NCBI GenBank assembly: GCA_002104945.1
Contig: MCFH01000002.1
Span: 372,001 to 436,000 of the forward strand
Reading direction: 5' to 3'
DNA from: Piromyces finnis finn
Taxonomy: Eukaryota; Fungi; Neocallimastigomycota
Length of the DNA stretch: 64,000 nucleotides
In this document: piece after piece, positions 46,170 through 62,121 of the stretch
Numbering within the stretch: the stretch's first letter is position 1
Layout of the letters: each line of letters starts with the position of its first letter
The notes under the pieces: model-generated
Seen by the model: the letters and a program-made list of their open reading frames with translations, nothing else
Databases searched by the model: none
What the model was told of the DNA's origin: nothing
Translations under genes and position numbers: made by a program

Positions 46170-47583
46170 AATGATTTGTAATTATAATTCTGAAAGTTTT
46201 GAACTTTTACAATTAATTAAAGATAATAATTTTGAAGGAATTAAAGAATTTATTAATGGTCATGTTATCAATATTGATGAAATTGATAGTGACGAAAATC
46301 CTTTAATATATTCAATAAAAAATGGTAATTCCGACTCCATTGTTGAATTACTTATTACGCATATTAAAGAAATAAATTTTGAATTGGGAAATGGAGAAAC
46401 TCCATTAGCGGCAGCATTAGCAGCTAAAAGAATACCTGTTGCCACAATGTTAATATCAAACGGTTTTAATATCAATTATAAAAATAAAAATAATGAAAAT
46501 ACCCTTATTTATCTTTTAAAAAAAAAAGAAATATCTAGACGTGCCCTTTTTTTCCTTATGGACCATAATAATGCAATTGATATTAATGAAAAGGATAAAA
46601 ATAATAGGAATGCCCTTATGTATGCTGTAGAATATCAAAAAAGTCAACTTGTAAAAGATATTCTTGAATATTATATCATGGATAATAAATTTATTATTGA
46701 CCTTGTAATGATGAAGAAACAAAATATTTATGGTAGTTCTGCTTTTTTGTCTGAACGAATAAATAAAGAATTTCAAAAATTAAATGTCAATGACTTGGAC
46801 GAAGAAGGAAATTCTGCATTACTTTTAGCGTGTAATCACTCAGATAATACTATTGTTAATCTTTTACTTGATTTTGGTGCTGATGTTAATATTTGTAACG
46901 CTCGCGGTGAAACGCCTCTTCTTCAAGCATGTCATGATGGTAATTTAGAAAGAGTGGTCCACTTTATTCAACATAATGCAAATATTAATGCAACTGATTG
47001 TTTTTCAAGTACACCCCTTATTTTGGCCTGTGAATACGGTCACGTAGAGGTAGTTAAGTATCTTTTAGAACAAGGAGCTAATATTAATGCTGCCGATAGT
47101 AATGGAGATACACCCATTATTATTGCTTGTCTTATTGGTAGTAAGGAAATCATGGAATTACTTTTAGCCTTTGGTGCCGATATTAATGCTAGAAATGCTT
47201 ACAGTAGTACCTTATTAATGACTTCGGTCAATAATGAAAATATTGACATGGTAAAGTTTATTCTTCATTACCCAATACGCATTGATGATGTTAATAATGA
47301 TGGTAAAACAGCTTTATTCCTCGCCACTGATAATAGAAATTTTGAAATTGTAAAGGAATTAGTTGATCGAGGTGCAAATGTAAATATACCAAATCATCAT
47401 CATAGTACACCGTTAACTTTAGCTAGTGAAAATGGTGATAAACAAATTGCTGAATATTTATTACAACATGGTGCCGATGTTCATGCAAAAGATAATGATG
47501 GTGATTCTTCTTTAAAATTAGCAAGAGAAGGTCATTTCACAGAAATTGAACAACTTCTTTTACAATATGGTGCACAATTTTAA
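46170..47583 (+). CDS. Ankyrin-repeat protein (about 12 ANK repeats), intronless; first ATG at 46170 (ORF track starts at a TTG, 46147)
   Basis: Repeated G.TPL..A...G..E.V..LL..GA.IN motifs (GETPLLQACHDGNLERV, SSTPLILACEYGHVEVVKYLLEQGANIN). Confidence 0.93.
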
Positions 47584-48775
47584 AAGAAAAAAAAAAAGAT
47601 CCATACATATCAAAAAATATCTTTACACTTTATCTACTACATATTACTATTACTACTACTACTACTACACTATAATTAGTAAACCAGTTAATAAAAAAAA
47701 AAAAAAAAAAAAAAAAAAAACGGGAATAAAATAGATAAATATAATTGTTTATAAAATTAAATCGTCATAATAGTTTTTTTTTTTTTCTTTTTATAAATTT
47801 TTAAATATATTGTATTATTGTATTATATATTTATTATTATTATTTTAATCTTTTAAAGTAATATATCTTATTCTTTTTATTTTTTATATTAATAAATATC
47901 CATTTTAAACATGAATTAACCTATCTAAATAAATATCATATTTTTTTTTTTTAAAAAAAACAACCACCACATTTGATAATATATTAAAAAAAAAAAAAGA
48001 AACTTTTCTTCTTCTTCCTCTTTTTTTTTTTTTTTTTTTAATTCTACAATATTTTTGATGATGTATATACATGTTATGCCTATATAAAAGAAGAAATATA
48101 AAAATATTTTTAAAATAATAACATAAAAGTAAAATCATTTTTCATTTTTAAAGCAGAATAATATATAACATTATATAACATTTATTTTATAATGTTTATT
48201 TTTTTTTCAAAGTAATGGTCTTTTACCTTTATATCAAAACTATTTCATCCTATTCAAATATTCAAATACCATTACCTTTTTTTTTAATAATATAAATGAA
48301 TAATAATTTTAATTTATAATATTTTAAAGAAAAATATTAATATAAATTAAAATTATTTTAGAAAAAAATATTAAAAAATATTTTTTTTTTTTTTTTTTTT
48401 CTTTATATAAAATTTAAAGATATAAATTCATTATAAAAAAGTAATTTAAATAATATATATAATGTGATACCCTGTCTTTTTCTTTTCTTTTTTTCTTTTT
48501 GTTATTATTTACTTTTTATTGTATTAAATTTCCTTTTTTTTTTTATATTTTTTTTAAAAAAAATTATAAAAACTAACCATAACCCAATAACAATTCAGTA
48601 AATAATATCTTTAGGTAAAAATATTAGTGATAATGAAATATTCGATATTTAATATTATCAAATTTAAAAATAACCATTTCCATTAATAATATATATATAT
48701 ATGTTTTATTATATTTATTAATTATATATATAATAGTTAATAGTTTTATATATATTTTAATTTATTTTTTTTTTT

Positions 48776-48840
48776 TCAATTTCAATTTCAATTTCAATTT
48801 CATTGTCAATTTCATTGTCAATTTCATTTTCATTTTCATT
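48776..48840. repeat. Hexamer tandem repeat (TTTCAA/TTTCAT/TTGTCA) just upstream of the CDK8 start codon
   Basis: TTTCAATTTCAATTTCAATTTCAATTTCATTGTCAATTTCATTGTCAATTTCATTTTCATTTTCATT. Confidence 0.85.
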
Positions 48841-48852
48841 TTTAAAATAATA

Positions 48853-51631
48853 ATGGACCGGACTTATCATAATAAGAAAGACGCTCTAAGGTTAAAAATA
48901 GAGGATAAATATAAAGTTCAAGGATTTATTAATTCAGGAACATACGGAGAAGTATATAAAGCACATAGTTTAAAAACGTAAATATTATATAAAAGAATAT
49001 ATATATATATATATATATTGAATTATAGATTTATTCTTAATTCCATTAATATATTCCTACATGTATATATATTTATATTAATTATATAATATATCGTTAC
49101 CATTCATTATTATTATTATTTTAATTGTCAATAATGCAATTTATCAATAATATTTTATATTAATTGAATTATTAAACTTCATTGTCAATTATTGTTCCTT
49201 TCTTAAAGTAATAAAGAATTTGCTATCAAAGTATTCAAATTAGATAAAGGTGGTGACTATTCATCAAGTGCCTTTTCACAATCAGCATGCCGTGAAATCA
49301 CTGTACTTATCAATTTATTTAATACAATTATTTTATAATATTCAATAATAGCTTTTCTTTTTCATCTTCTTTTTTCTTTTATCAAATTAAATAAATTTGT
49401 AGAGATAATAATTAAGAAATTTTAAATGATAATAGATTTCAAAATTTATATTAAAATCTTTTTATTTTTATCATGTTTCCATCTCTCTCCTTCCTTTTTT
49501 TTTTTTTTTTTTTATTATTAGATTACAAGAGAAATTAACCATGAAAATATCGTTCATTTAGAAGAAGTCATCATAGAACCAAAAGAACGTAAAATAGCAA
49601 TTGTTTTTGACTATTCAGAATATGATTTATTGGTGAGTGGACATTTACGCTTTATTTAAGGGAAACTAAAAATAAAATATATATTTGGATAGGATAAATA
49701 TTCTTTTTATTTTTTATACTTAGCCTTTTTTTCTTTTCTTTTATTTTCTTTTTATTATTATTATTATTATATATTAATTAAATTTTAAAAAGCAAATTTT
49801 ACACTCTCATGGACTTGCCCATCCAAATAGAATACCAATGCATGAATTTATTATGAAATCTATATTATATCAATTATTAAATGGTTTAGCTTACTTACAT
49901 GCGAATTGGATTTTACATAGAGATTTAAAACCAGCTGTAAATATAATTATTATTTTTTTTTTTCCATAGTATATAATTAATAGAAGTATTTTTTAATAAT
50001 ATTAGACTTTGAATTATTACAATTGTTGTTCTAACAATTATTCCTCAAATTCAATTTAAACTATTTTTTTTCTTTATATATTTTAAAGAATATATTAATA
50101 ATGAAAGATGGAACAGTAAAAATAGGTAAGAACGTCATTAAATAATATATATATTGATGAATTTGATAATAACTTTTACATAAAATATTATGAATTTTAG
50201 GTGATCTTGGTTTAGCAAGATTTTTCCAAGAACCAATTCAACCATTAATTAATGGGGATAAAGTTGTTGTAACTATTTGGTATCGTGCTCCAGAATTATT
50301 ATTAGGTGCAAAACATTATACAAAAGCTGTTGGTAAGTTTTTTTTTTTTTTAGAGTTTTTAGTTATCCATATCTACATGTATATATATAGTTAAAATAGG
50401 CATTTTTGAAATTATAAAATTTTTATTGAAATTTTTTTTTTTTTTTGATACATTATTTCATATGTAAATAAAGACATGTGGGCTATAGGGTGTATTTTCG
50501 CAGAATTAATTATTACAAAACCTTTATTTAAGGGAGAAGAAGCAAAAATGGAAAATAAGAAACAAATTCCTTTCCAACGAGATCAATTAAAAAAAATCTT
50601 TGAAATTTTAGGAGTTCCAACAAGTATGCTACTTTATATATTTCTATTTGTAATTTAATATCCCATTTCAATAACTATTTATACCTTTAAATTTTTTCTT
50701 TTTTTATTAACAAAAACTATTTCTATGCTATTCTATCCCCATCACATCACCATCACTACAAATCTTAATATTAAAGAACAACAATGGAATGATATTGATC
50801 ATTTACCCGAATCTAAAAATCTTAAAGGTTTTGGAGAGTAAGTTTTAAAATTATTTTTTATTTTTTGTTAATTAGATTCGATAATTAATAAAATGAACTG
50901 TATAGGCAAAATATAATATAGTTTTTTGAAAATTTAATGAAAATAAGATGGTAATATTTAAAAATTTTTAATATACATATATATATATAGTTATAAAAAT
51001 ACATTTGAATCGTATATGAAGCAAAATGCTCCTACTTGGAATAGTAAATCAGGATTTGATTTATTAACAAGAATGCTTATTTACGATCCAAAACGTAGAA
51101 TTACAGCTGAAGAAGCTTTAGATCATCCCTATTTCAAGGTAATTTTATATATTATTTTTTTTTTTTATAATTAATAATGAAGTTGATATTTTCCAAAATA
51201 TCTTATTAAATTAATAATCTAAAAAAATATATATATATCTATCAAAATACATAATAAAAATTTAAATTTTTACAGGAGGAACCATTACCAGTAATGAAGT
51301 AAATATTATTTTTATTTTTTTATTTTTAGTTTATAATATAAAAATACTACATGACTCTATATTAAATTTTTTATAATTATAAACTTGGTAGTAATAATTT
51401 TTTAATTTGTTTTTAATTTTTAATATTTCTATATAATATAAATATGTATATATTTTTTATTTTAATAGTCCATTTGAAGTAAATAACGTTAAATATCAAC
51501 ATCGTAAATTAACACCAATATCAGAAAAGCAAAAAATGCATCATCATATGAACCCAGGTATGCAAATGGGTCATGGTATGAATAGAAATATTGCTGATAA
51601 AAGACAAATAAAGCGAGCTCGTGTTAATTAA
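48853..51631 (+). CDS. SSN3: Cyclin-dependent kinase 8 (Mediator kinase), about 11 exons
   Basis: [22 protein letters not shown] (CDK8-specific SACRE), [53 protein letters not shown]...[15 protein letters not shown]; all introns checked are GT-AG. Confidence 0.95.
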
Positions 51632-52058
51632 AAAAAATAAACAAGTAAACAAACAAAAAAAAAATAGTTATATCCTTTAAATCCTCGGGGAGTTTTTTTT
51701 ATTTTATTTGTAAACTGTTTCACACACATATACACACATATCACACCACCTTTTTTTTTTTGTTTATCATTTATTAATTCATTATATTCCTTTTTAAAGA
51801 TAAAGACTATTATACAATTTTTTATCTCTTTTAATAAAAATGATTAAAAAACGCAGTAATATATATAATATTTTTTTAAAGAGTTAAAAAAAAAAAAAAA
51901 AGAACTTAATTTATACATTTAAAATATATTTTTATCATATCCTTTTTTTATTTTTTATTTTATTTGTAATACAACATAATTATAAATGTAAAAGTAATCA
52001 ATTAAATTAATGAATTATCAGATGTATTATGTAAATAAACAATTCAATCATCAAAACA

Positions 52059-52102
<44 letters not shown>

Positions 52103-52317
52103 TTAATTAAAATAATATATAAATCATTATTTGTTATTATTTATTATTATTATATATATATAATATTTTATATTAAAAAAAAATTATATCCTAATATTAT
52201 TATTATTTATTTTAAAATATCTTAAATATTTATTAAATAGTTACATTTAAATAGAATTTATTATTATTATTATTCTTTTCCCCTTTTTTATATAGAAATA
52301 TATAATATAAATTAGAA

Positions 52318-55300
52318 TTATTCATTATTTGAAGTTGGTTGTTCTCTTGGTTCCACTTTCAAGCTTATATTATATAAATCTTGTTCATCTTTTTCGTCTA
52401 CATCAATAACATTAGTTTTAAGCCAAAATTGTATTACTGGTACTTCTTTAAAGTTATAGGGTACTTTAAAGGAATTATAGTCTTCAACAATCATGGCTAA
52501 ATTACGGAATTTTGATATATTAATAAGATTTTCTTTACGATATTTTGAATTACCATCTTCCGTAAATGTAATATCCTTTAAAATAATACCTATATATATA
52601 TATAAATTTCAATATAATAATTAATATTTATATATTTTAAAAAAATAAATGGTATATATATTAGTATAGAATATATATTAATTACCAAAGAATGGAATAC
52701 TTGGTTTTTCACAAGTTTTTAAAAGATGACGATATTTTTGATAATTTTTATTATGACTAATTTGATTTTGACAAAATTCTAGGGTATCTTTATATTTTGT
52801 TGGAAGTAATGCCCATGTTTTAGATAAACGAACAATTGTTGAAGAATTTAATGCTGCAATTACCGAAAAAACTAAATCAAAATTTCTTTCTTCAAAACTT
52901 TTCTGTTTTTTTTTTTTTAATTTATTTAGATATTTAAATACATAAAAAAAAAAGAAGAAATGTTAAATAAAAATTATAAATAAATAAAATTTAATATCAT
53001 TTATATTATATTTTTATATATACACACACACTAATAATAATTATTAATGCGGTGTATAGTAAAAATTGAAAATTTAAAAATAATAAAAAAAAAATTTACT
53101 TTGCAAATATTTATAGCATGTCTTAGATAGGCATTTCTTTTTTTGGCATCCATATCAGATAATATGATTGCAATGATATATTGTGTAATCTATATTGAAC
53201 GGATTTTATGAATAGATTTTTATTAATTAATTATTATTATAAATGAAAAAAAAAATTTTTTTTTAAAAAATAATATTTAATAATAATTATATATATATAT
53301 ATATATTACCCTAATAGATATTTTTGTCATCATTTTAATACTATCACTTTTACAGTTCTTTTTATTGACAATCATTAGTTCATGTGGATGAACTTTTGAA
53401 TAAGCTTCTCCTTCTAATAAACACATTTGTCTTGTAAATTCCATTGGATCAATATCAAGGAAAGTAAGTTTTTCTTGTGGAGATTTAGGTATAATAGGGT
53501 GTGGACAACCGTCACTTGAATTTCTTTTTGAAGGTTCTTCAGCAGATAATAATTTTTTAGCCTATTTTTTTTTTTTTCAAATATTATTTATTAGATCGTT
53601 GAGGTTTTTTTTTTTTTTTTCATAATTATAAACATATAAAATTAATTGTTAATTTTTAATTTTAAATTTATAATTCTTATTTTTTTTTTTATATATTTAA
53701 TATCATTTTTAATTATTACTTTGAAAAGAGTATCTATTGCAGAATCTGAATAAGATAGACTAATTGGATTACTAATTTCAGTTAAAAATTTTATAATGTT
53801 TGGTAAAAATTCTTTTTCTTCTTTTGAATAATAATCAGAAAGCCAAAGATCTAATACATTTAATACTCTTTTTTTTTTTTAAAAAAAAAAAAAATAAAAA
53901 AAGAATTGTAAAGTTGACATTAATTATCATTTATTACATTTTTTTTTAATAAATTATTAATAAATTAAAATTTTTTGATATATATATATTTACTTATTTT
54001 GTATTGGCACTTGTTTAATCACTTTCCATTCTTGAATGTTATTATTTATTAATTCTTTAGGTGGTTTTATTAAATATCTTTTTATTAAGTGATCAATAAA
54101 TTCAGGGGTTGTACAAAATTGATCATACATCAATATAAGTGTTTTTTGATCTAAATCGGTATCTTCATTTTCATGAGATGTTACAAATTCAATAAAGGAA
54201 GATAATGTTGCACCATTAATTTGTCCTTCCATGTTATATGTAATTGTACCTTTAGGATAATCAGCCATTAAATACCATGGCTTTGGAGTTGAATTCTAAC
54301 ATATTAGAAAATTTTATCCACGATTAATATAACAATTAATATTATATGCATTATTAAAATATTATTATAGTATTATAGATTATTTTAATTATATTCATAT
54401 TTTTTTTTAAAAAAATATATTTTTTATTTTATTATTTACATTTATTTTTTCATTTTCAATATCAGCATTATCTTCACCAAAGAATTTATTAATTTTTGAT
54501 CTTGTTACGGGTGTTGCTATCTTTGGATTACTATTAACTTTATATATTTTTTGACTTTGAGTTACCGGTAGTTCTTTTAATAATGATAGTGATAATTCTG
54601 AAGCAAATTGCTTTCATGATTAAAAAAAAAAAAGATAATAATAAGTAAAATATTAATTTAATTTATTATTATTATTTTTTTAAAATGTAATAATTTTATT
54701 TGGTAAAATTAATAAATTTTTTAAATCTTACTCCTTTATAATTTAATTTCTCGTTCAAGGTTCTATATTATCAAAAGAAAAAAAAATAATTTTTTTAAAA
54801 AAAAATTGATATAAATTAATTTATTTATATTTTATTACTTACCTAATTTGTGGTTTAATTTCGGATGAATCATTTGCACTTTTTATTTCAGGTGAGTCTT
54901 TTTTCTATTATTTAATTATACAATAATATAATATAATAATATTTATATTTTGAATATTATAAATATTATTATTATAATAATAATAGTATGGTATTAAAAA
55001 GGGGAAAAACAAATAATGATTTAGTATCTCTGCTTTCTTCTGTAAGGGGTTGGTCAATCTTTTATTAAAAATTATAAATAAAATAGTTGATAATATTATA
55101 TAAAAAAAAATTACCTTTAACACCATTTCTAATTTTTTGGAAAATGCTCCATTAAATACTGAACTTTGTTCTCCAAACAATTTTTTATTTTGTTCATAAC
55201 TATCTTGACTTGGAGTATTTTCCATCATATCAAAACTATTTTGATGTGATACAGTAGGACTATCCACACTATCATATATTCCCTTAATAATTAATGAAAT

Positions 55301-57792
55301 ATCATCAATAATATTTATACAATTAGATAAGGATTCAAGAATAAGCTCTAATGAATTTGATGGTGCAAATTTTTCATTTGAAGATTTAATCGTAATAGTT
55401 AATTCCTTGACACTATTCATCAAAATTTCTTTTTTATGAATGAATTGACTTATAATTTTAAATACTTTTTTCTTTTTAAATTGAATTTCATCAATATCAT
55501 TGGCTAAGGCTGAAATGTTATCCCTACATTTTAATGAAAGTTTATAAATATTTTGATTGACCACTTGTTCTTTTCTTGAAACTATAATCAAATCAGATAT
55601 TGACATCATGATAATGGAAACTTGTTGATTAATTTTATTAAGTACAATATTTGTACTGTAATTTTCAATGGTTGTTGTTAAGAAATTTGGATTGGTATTA
55701 ATAATCGGGGATGAAATGGTTAACTCCGAACCATTTTCATTATTATTAATGGTAGCAAAATTAATTGTATTTAATAATAATTGATAATTTGATGAAAATT
55801 CATCGATTTGTTGAAAAATGAGTTGACTTGCATCTGGTGGTGGCCATTGTCCTACTGCATCTCGAACATTTAATATCATTTTAGATAAAGAAAGCATAGT
55901 AGAATAATAAAGATTTACTTGACTACTAGTTGTTGAAATCACGCCACCATCTTGGTTAAGAATATTAGCAGAGGTTAAAAATTTTTTTATCAAATTATTT
56001 ATTTCATTACATTGGTCTAGGTAGGTATTTTTTTTATTTTTATTAATACTCTGAATAAAATCAACAAATAATTGAATTATCTTTTGATGTTGTTTTTCTT
56101 CACTACTCTTCTTTGATAATCCATTCTTTGAAATTTCTAATTTTTTTACTTTTTCGATAAGTGATGTTATTGTTGTAGGACTCTGAGGACTTAAAATTTG
56201 ATTACCAGATGGTGAAGTTGGCGTTTTTTTAATTGAAAAGTCATGATTATTTGTATCTAATGATTCAACACTTTTATTTCCTCCATTATGTATTAAATTT
56301 GAAGTAGGAATACCTGTCATATTTAATCCATTCATACTTGTTAATGTTCCATTCAATGATGAATTAGAATCATGTCTAGAATTCGATAATGAACTTGAAT
56401 CACTATCAGCACAATATACATTAGAGTAGAAATTAACTGGTGTACCATAGGCTAATGTACTATTACTCTTTGTCATATTAGAGGATGTTGGTCTTTTTGG
56501 TCCATTTGATAATTCACTATCATTTAAATTACTATTACTATTTCTATCAATATTATCTCCAGATAAGTTACATAAGTTAAAAGATGAATTTGATAATGAA
56601 TTACTAATTATATTTGCTAAATTCATGATTTTTTCAGATTTTCTCGGTGGTGGTGGAGGTGGTAAATCCAATTTTGTACTATTATTATTATTGTTGTTGT
56701 TGTTTTCAATATTTTTTTCAAATATCTGCAATTCTTTACTTAATTGTGATATTTCATTCTTTTAAAATAATTTATTTTTTTTATATATTTAATTATATGT
56801 AATAAAAATAATTAATAGTATCATTTAAAAAAAAAAAGAAATAAAAAATTGTTTTAATTTTTTATTATAATATTATTTTATCTAGTATTAATTTTATAGG
56901 ATTCAATCAAATTCTATTATATTTATGATATACTTATTTACTTTTTTTAAAGTTCTGCTTTTATTATATGTTGTTTCATTAGTTTCAATATTAATGTAAT
57001 ATTTTTTTCCATTTATCGTTCTCTTTTTTTTCCAGTTATTTGATATCTGTTTTTCGAAAGTAATAAATTTTACATTTTGTTATTAGAAAAATAATTAATT
57101 AAATATGATTAATATTTATTAATTTGAAAAAAAAAAATTAAAATTATTGTCCTTTTTTTTTTTTTTTTTGACACTATATATTTCTAAGTCATTATATGGT
57201 ATTTAACATTATTTATTTTTTCTTCTTCTAAAGTATAGTTCATACCTTATTTATTTCTTCTAATAATTTATTATTTTCATTTACACTTGATGAGTCATTA
57301 ATAGTATTCTCTTTGGTATTTTTCTCCTGATGTAACTGAATCTATCATTGCATTTTATTTTATAATAAATATTTATATATAAATTAATTATTTATAATGT
57401 TATTATGTGTTTGTTAATATTCTATTTTTCTATTTTTTTTTTTTTTACTTTTGCATTTTCTTGAGAAGCAATTGATCTAGTATATTGCATAGGAAACCAT
57501 CCTTTTATATATATTATTAATTAGAGTAATAAAATATTAATTTTTTTTCGATAATTTTTTATTATTTCTTTATAATATCTTTTTTTTCTTTTTCTTTTTT
57601 TTTTATAAAAAAAAAAAACAATCCAGATCATATACCTCTTTTTTTCTTTATTCTTATTATTCCATCTGCCCAACCTGACGGGTCTTTTACTATAACATCA
57701 ATAATATCATCTTTTCTTATTGTTAATTCTGTATTATTATCTCCGTCAAAATTATATTTTACTTTAACTGTATCAATGATATTAAATGACAT
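52318..57792 (-). CDS. CDC25: Ras guanine-nucleotide exchange factor, Cdc25-like (SH3, WW-like, REM, RasGEF), multi-exon
   Basis: SH3: VKVKYNFDGDNNTELTIRKDDIIDVIVKDPSGWADG...RGWFPMQY; WW-like NWKKKRTINGKKYYINIETNETTY; REM: GQINGATLSSFIEFVT...FCTTPEFIDHLIKRY; GEF: LDIDPMEFTRQMCLLE, NFDLVFSVIAALNSSTIVRLSKTW, PSIPFF. Confidence 0.9.
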
Positions 57793-57980
57793 AGTTGAGA
57801 ATTTATTTAAAAAAAAAAGATTAAATTGTATTTATATATTTATTTATATATGTTATATTTGATATGTAATGAAATGAATCCAATATTAAAAAGTAATAAT
57901 GTTTTAAACATAATTATAACATTAAAAATAATATTATAAATTTGAATATATGAATTCAATAAATATTTTTAGTAGTTATA

Positions 57981-58016
<36 letters not shown>

Positions 58017-59375
58017 ATATTTTATTTTAAAACTATAACATGAATATATTTATACAAATTTTATAGATAATAAATGATATTAAAAAGTAATTTTATTAAA
58101 GTATATTCATTTTTAAAAATAAAAATAAAGATTAATATTCTTCTTGCATTTTCGATTTTTTTTTATTTTATTTTATAATTATCATAGATCATAGTAATAG
58201 AGTTGATAATAATAGCAAATTTAACACTTTTTAAATAAGTTAAATTAATATTAAAATTGTGGATAAAAAATTTAAAAAAATTTAGTATTGATAGTAGTAA
58301 ATGGGTAAATGGTAGTGTAGTACTTTCAATAAATCATAATAGTTATATTGTATGATAATTATATTTTAATAAGCATCTAATTATAATCTATAATTAAATA
58401 TATATATATATTTAATAATAATTTACAATTTAACAGAATATTAAAAGCTATATTTATTGTAATTTTACTTATTGATAATTTTAATTTATAAAAGTTTATT
58501 TTTATAATTATTAATTCTAAAAATTACAATAATCATGGATGATAAACTTTAAATATAAATTAATAAAATAAAAATACAAAGTTTTCTCAAATAATAGTAA
58601 TATCAATCTAAAATTTTGTAAATATAAAAACTTTAGGAATTAAATATGATTTTTTTTTTTAAATTACTATTAATAAAATGAATATAGATATAATTGAAAT
58701 TAAGTAAAAGATGCTTTATTTCTATTATTATTATATCTAATGTATTATGTATAATAATGAATAAATAAATAATTATATAAATAGATAAAGGAATAGTTAG
58801 ATGAATATATAATTAAATAGATGAATAGCTTTTTTTAAATTAGCAACCTGATAAATAAATGAATAAATAATTATATAAATAAATAAACATTAGTAATAGT
58901 AGTAGTGGTGGTAGTAGTAAAATTTTAAAATATTTAGGTGAATGCATTGGGAATAAAGAATTTCAATTTTTTTTTTAATATTTTTTAATATTAAATATAT
59001 AATTAATATAATTATTAAAATTTATTTTTATATTAATAATAAATTAATTTGTATACAAACAAAATTATTTTAAAAAAGAAGAGTTTAAACTTTTTTTTTT
59101 TTTATTATTTTATATATTCTATTTTTTTATTTGTGGAATCCCTTTTTTTTTTTTTTATATTTTTAATCCATCGATAAAATAAAAATTATTTTAATTTTGA
59201 ATTTGAAGTAATAAAAACAAAAATAAATACTATTAATAGCCCTATATTTAAAAAAAAGGGCGTAATTAAAGATATAAAAACTATCTTGATACATCTATCT
59301 TTACCTTTTAATATTTCAAAAAAAAAAAAAATAAAAAATAAAAAAAATAAATATTTGTTAAACTAATAATTAAAT

Positions 59376-60188
59376 ATGGATAAATCAAAAAGTAAATCAA
59401 TAGTTGCTCATTACACTCATTCATATATTCCTGTTCGTTCAGGAAAAATTGTAAAAAGGAAATTAACTACACCTCCATCAATTTCAGCAACAAGAGTACA
59501 AAAACATTTTCAAATATTTTTTCAAGATCAGCTATTAAATGCTTGTGAAAAAGGAAATATTATAGAAGGTATATATCTTTTAAATAATGTCCATGTCTAT
59601 AATTATTTCAGAATAAAGAAATAATAATTGTAGATAAATATTATATAAAGAATATTTGTGGTGAAAAAGATAATTCATTAATATTTGAAATTCATAAAGA
59701 AAAAATAAACCATTATGAATTTATATAAAGCTCTATATTGAATTAAAATAATATAATAATCAGTATAAACGCATATACATATTTTGGTATTTTAGTTAGA
59801 AATGACTATAAGAATTTTGGAATTAATTAACCCTCAAATCTATCATATTAAAACTTTAAAGATACAAAATTACTTTTTATAATATTAGTTTAAGTAAAAT
59901 AATAAAAAGAAATTCTTATTTAGATTGAGAGAAAATAATTTATATTGTTCTACTTATCTTTTATATAATTAATAGTTAATAGAAATTTCTTATTAATAAT
60001 CATTTCATTTTAAATATAAAGTTAAACGTTTATTAGAACGTTATAGAATATCACCAAATTTTAAAGATTCAAAAGGACGTACACCCTTACATTTTGCATG
60101 TTCTTCAGGTATATAAAATTAAAAATAAATGATTTTAACAAATTATTATTTTAATATATAAAAGGAGTAAATTTTTAATTAAAATAAC

Positions 60189-60220
<32 letters not shown>

Positions 60221-61143
60221 TATATATATAATTACTAATAAGGCAATGAAAAAATAGCTGAATTAATAATTCATGCAGGAGCTAATGTTAATGCTATAGA
60301 TTTAAATCAAAATACACCTCTTCATCTTTCTGTTATATCAAATAATTATACATGTGTTGCATTATTATTAAAAGCAGGTAGGATTTATTAAAAATTTAAC
60401 AAAAACAATAATAATAACAACAATAGTAATAACATTAATAATAATAATTTATTATAATTTATTTATATTTGTTATTAGGTGCTAATGCACATGCTAGAGA
60501 TAAATCATATAAAACCCCGCTTGATTTAGCATTATCAAGAATACAATATATCATCCAAAACTTAAATACTCTGGATAATGCTAGTACATTAATTCCAGAA
60601 ATACAAGAAGTCATAAAATTACTAAAGTATTATATTCAAATTCCAAGAAATTTAGTAAGATCTCAAAGTGATTCTTTTTCAATGATAAAATTTTCAAAAA
60701 ATATATATCCAAATCTATCATATTCAAATTTAACAAAATTACCTACATCACCAACACCATCATTAATTGATGGTAATGCTGACATATCACCAATAAAACT
60801 ACAAAATATAAATATTATTGATGACATTTATAAAAATAATACTATGAAAGTAACTACAACAATATCGCCTGAATCATCATCATCATCAACTTCATCCTCA
60901 TCAAAAATGATTATTAATTCACCAATTATTACTAATGAAAAATTATTACAAAATCAGACAATACAACAATCGTTTACTCCTAAAAATGAAATACCAGAGA
61001 ATTCAAAAGTTGATGATTTAGAAGAAATATGCTTTAGATTATCACAGTTAAATAATGATCTTACAAATGATCATTTACCAGAACCATTAACAAATACAAA
61101 TCTTGAAGAATTAAGAAGTTTATTAAATAATATAAAAATATAA
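59376..61143 (+). CDS. Ankyrin-repeat protein, ANKRD54-like, about 4 exons
   Basis: Spliced: LLNACEKGNIIE|VKRLLE...KDSKGRTPLHFACSS|GNEKIAELIIHAGANVNAIDLNQNTPLHLSVISNNYTCVALLLKA|GANAHARDKSYKTPLDLALSR, followed by a Ser-rich region and a short C-terminal helix (VDDLEEICFRLSQL). Confidence 0.8.
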
Positions 61144-62121
61144 TATGAATTGAAATATCATCAAGAGATGATGTACATTTAAAATGAATAGATATATTAA
61201 TTATAATTATATCTAAACCATGTTTTTTGAATTATTTTTTTTTTTATTATCTCATTCACTTTTTAATTACAATTTAAGAAGATAATTAATTATAATTCAT
61301 GATTTCTTATGAATTATAGTTATATTTAATTTATTTAAAGATAACAATAAATATCTAGATTATTATAATATAATAAATATTTAAATTAAATTTTTGTCGA
61401 TTCGCAGTTCTTTTTTTAATCCTAATTTTAACATCACTTTCATATAGTCATTAAATATACATATTCAAAAAAAAAAAAAAAAAAAAAAAAGTAGCAATAA
61501 TTATATAACTGTTTTATTCATCGTTTTGAAAATTAATTTATAGTCTCTATTTGAAATATGTATAATATTCTTTTAAAAATAGATAAAATAATAATAAATA
61601 AAATTTGAATATAAAGAATAACTGAATTTCTTTAAAATTATAATTTCACTTATTAATAATAATAAAATTATATATATATTCCTCGGAAATATATTTTAGT
61701 TGGGTTTATTTTTACATATTTTATATAATTTGTATGCATAAAAATTTGAACTTTTTCAATAAATAAACTTTTTTTTTAAATGATATAATGATATATTGTG
61801 ATTAAAATATAATATTAGTTATTTTCTAATATCTTTTTTTTTTTTTTTTATTTATTTTTGAATATAATTTCATTTATTTTAAAACTTGATTTACTTTTTT
61901 ATCCATATTAAAAATAAAACATTTATTATAAATTCAAATATTAATTTTTCTAAATATTTGTTTTTATATATTACATAATTGTAATTATAACAACAACAAA
62001 TAAAATACAAAAGTATTTTAAATGTTATTATAAAATTTAATATAATAACAAAATAGAATATTTGTAAATAGAATTGAAAATTTCAATATAAAATAATTAT
62101 ATAATATTATTTTTATAAAAA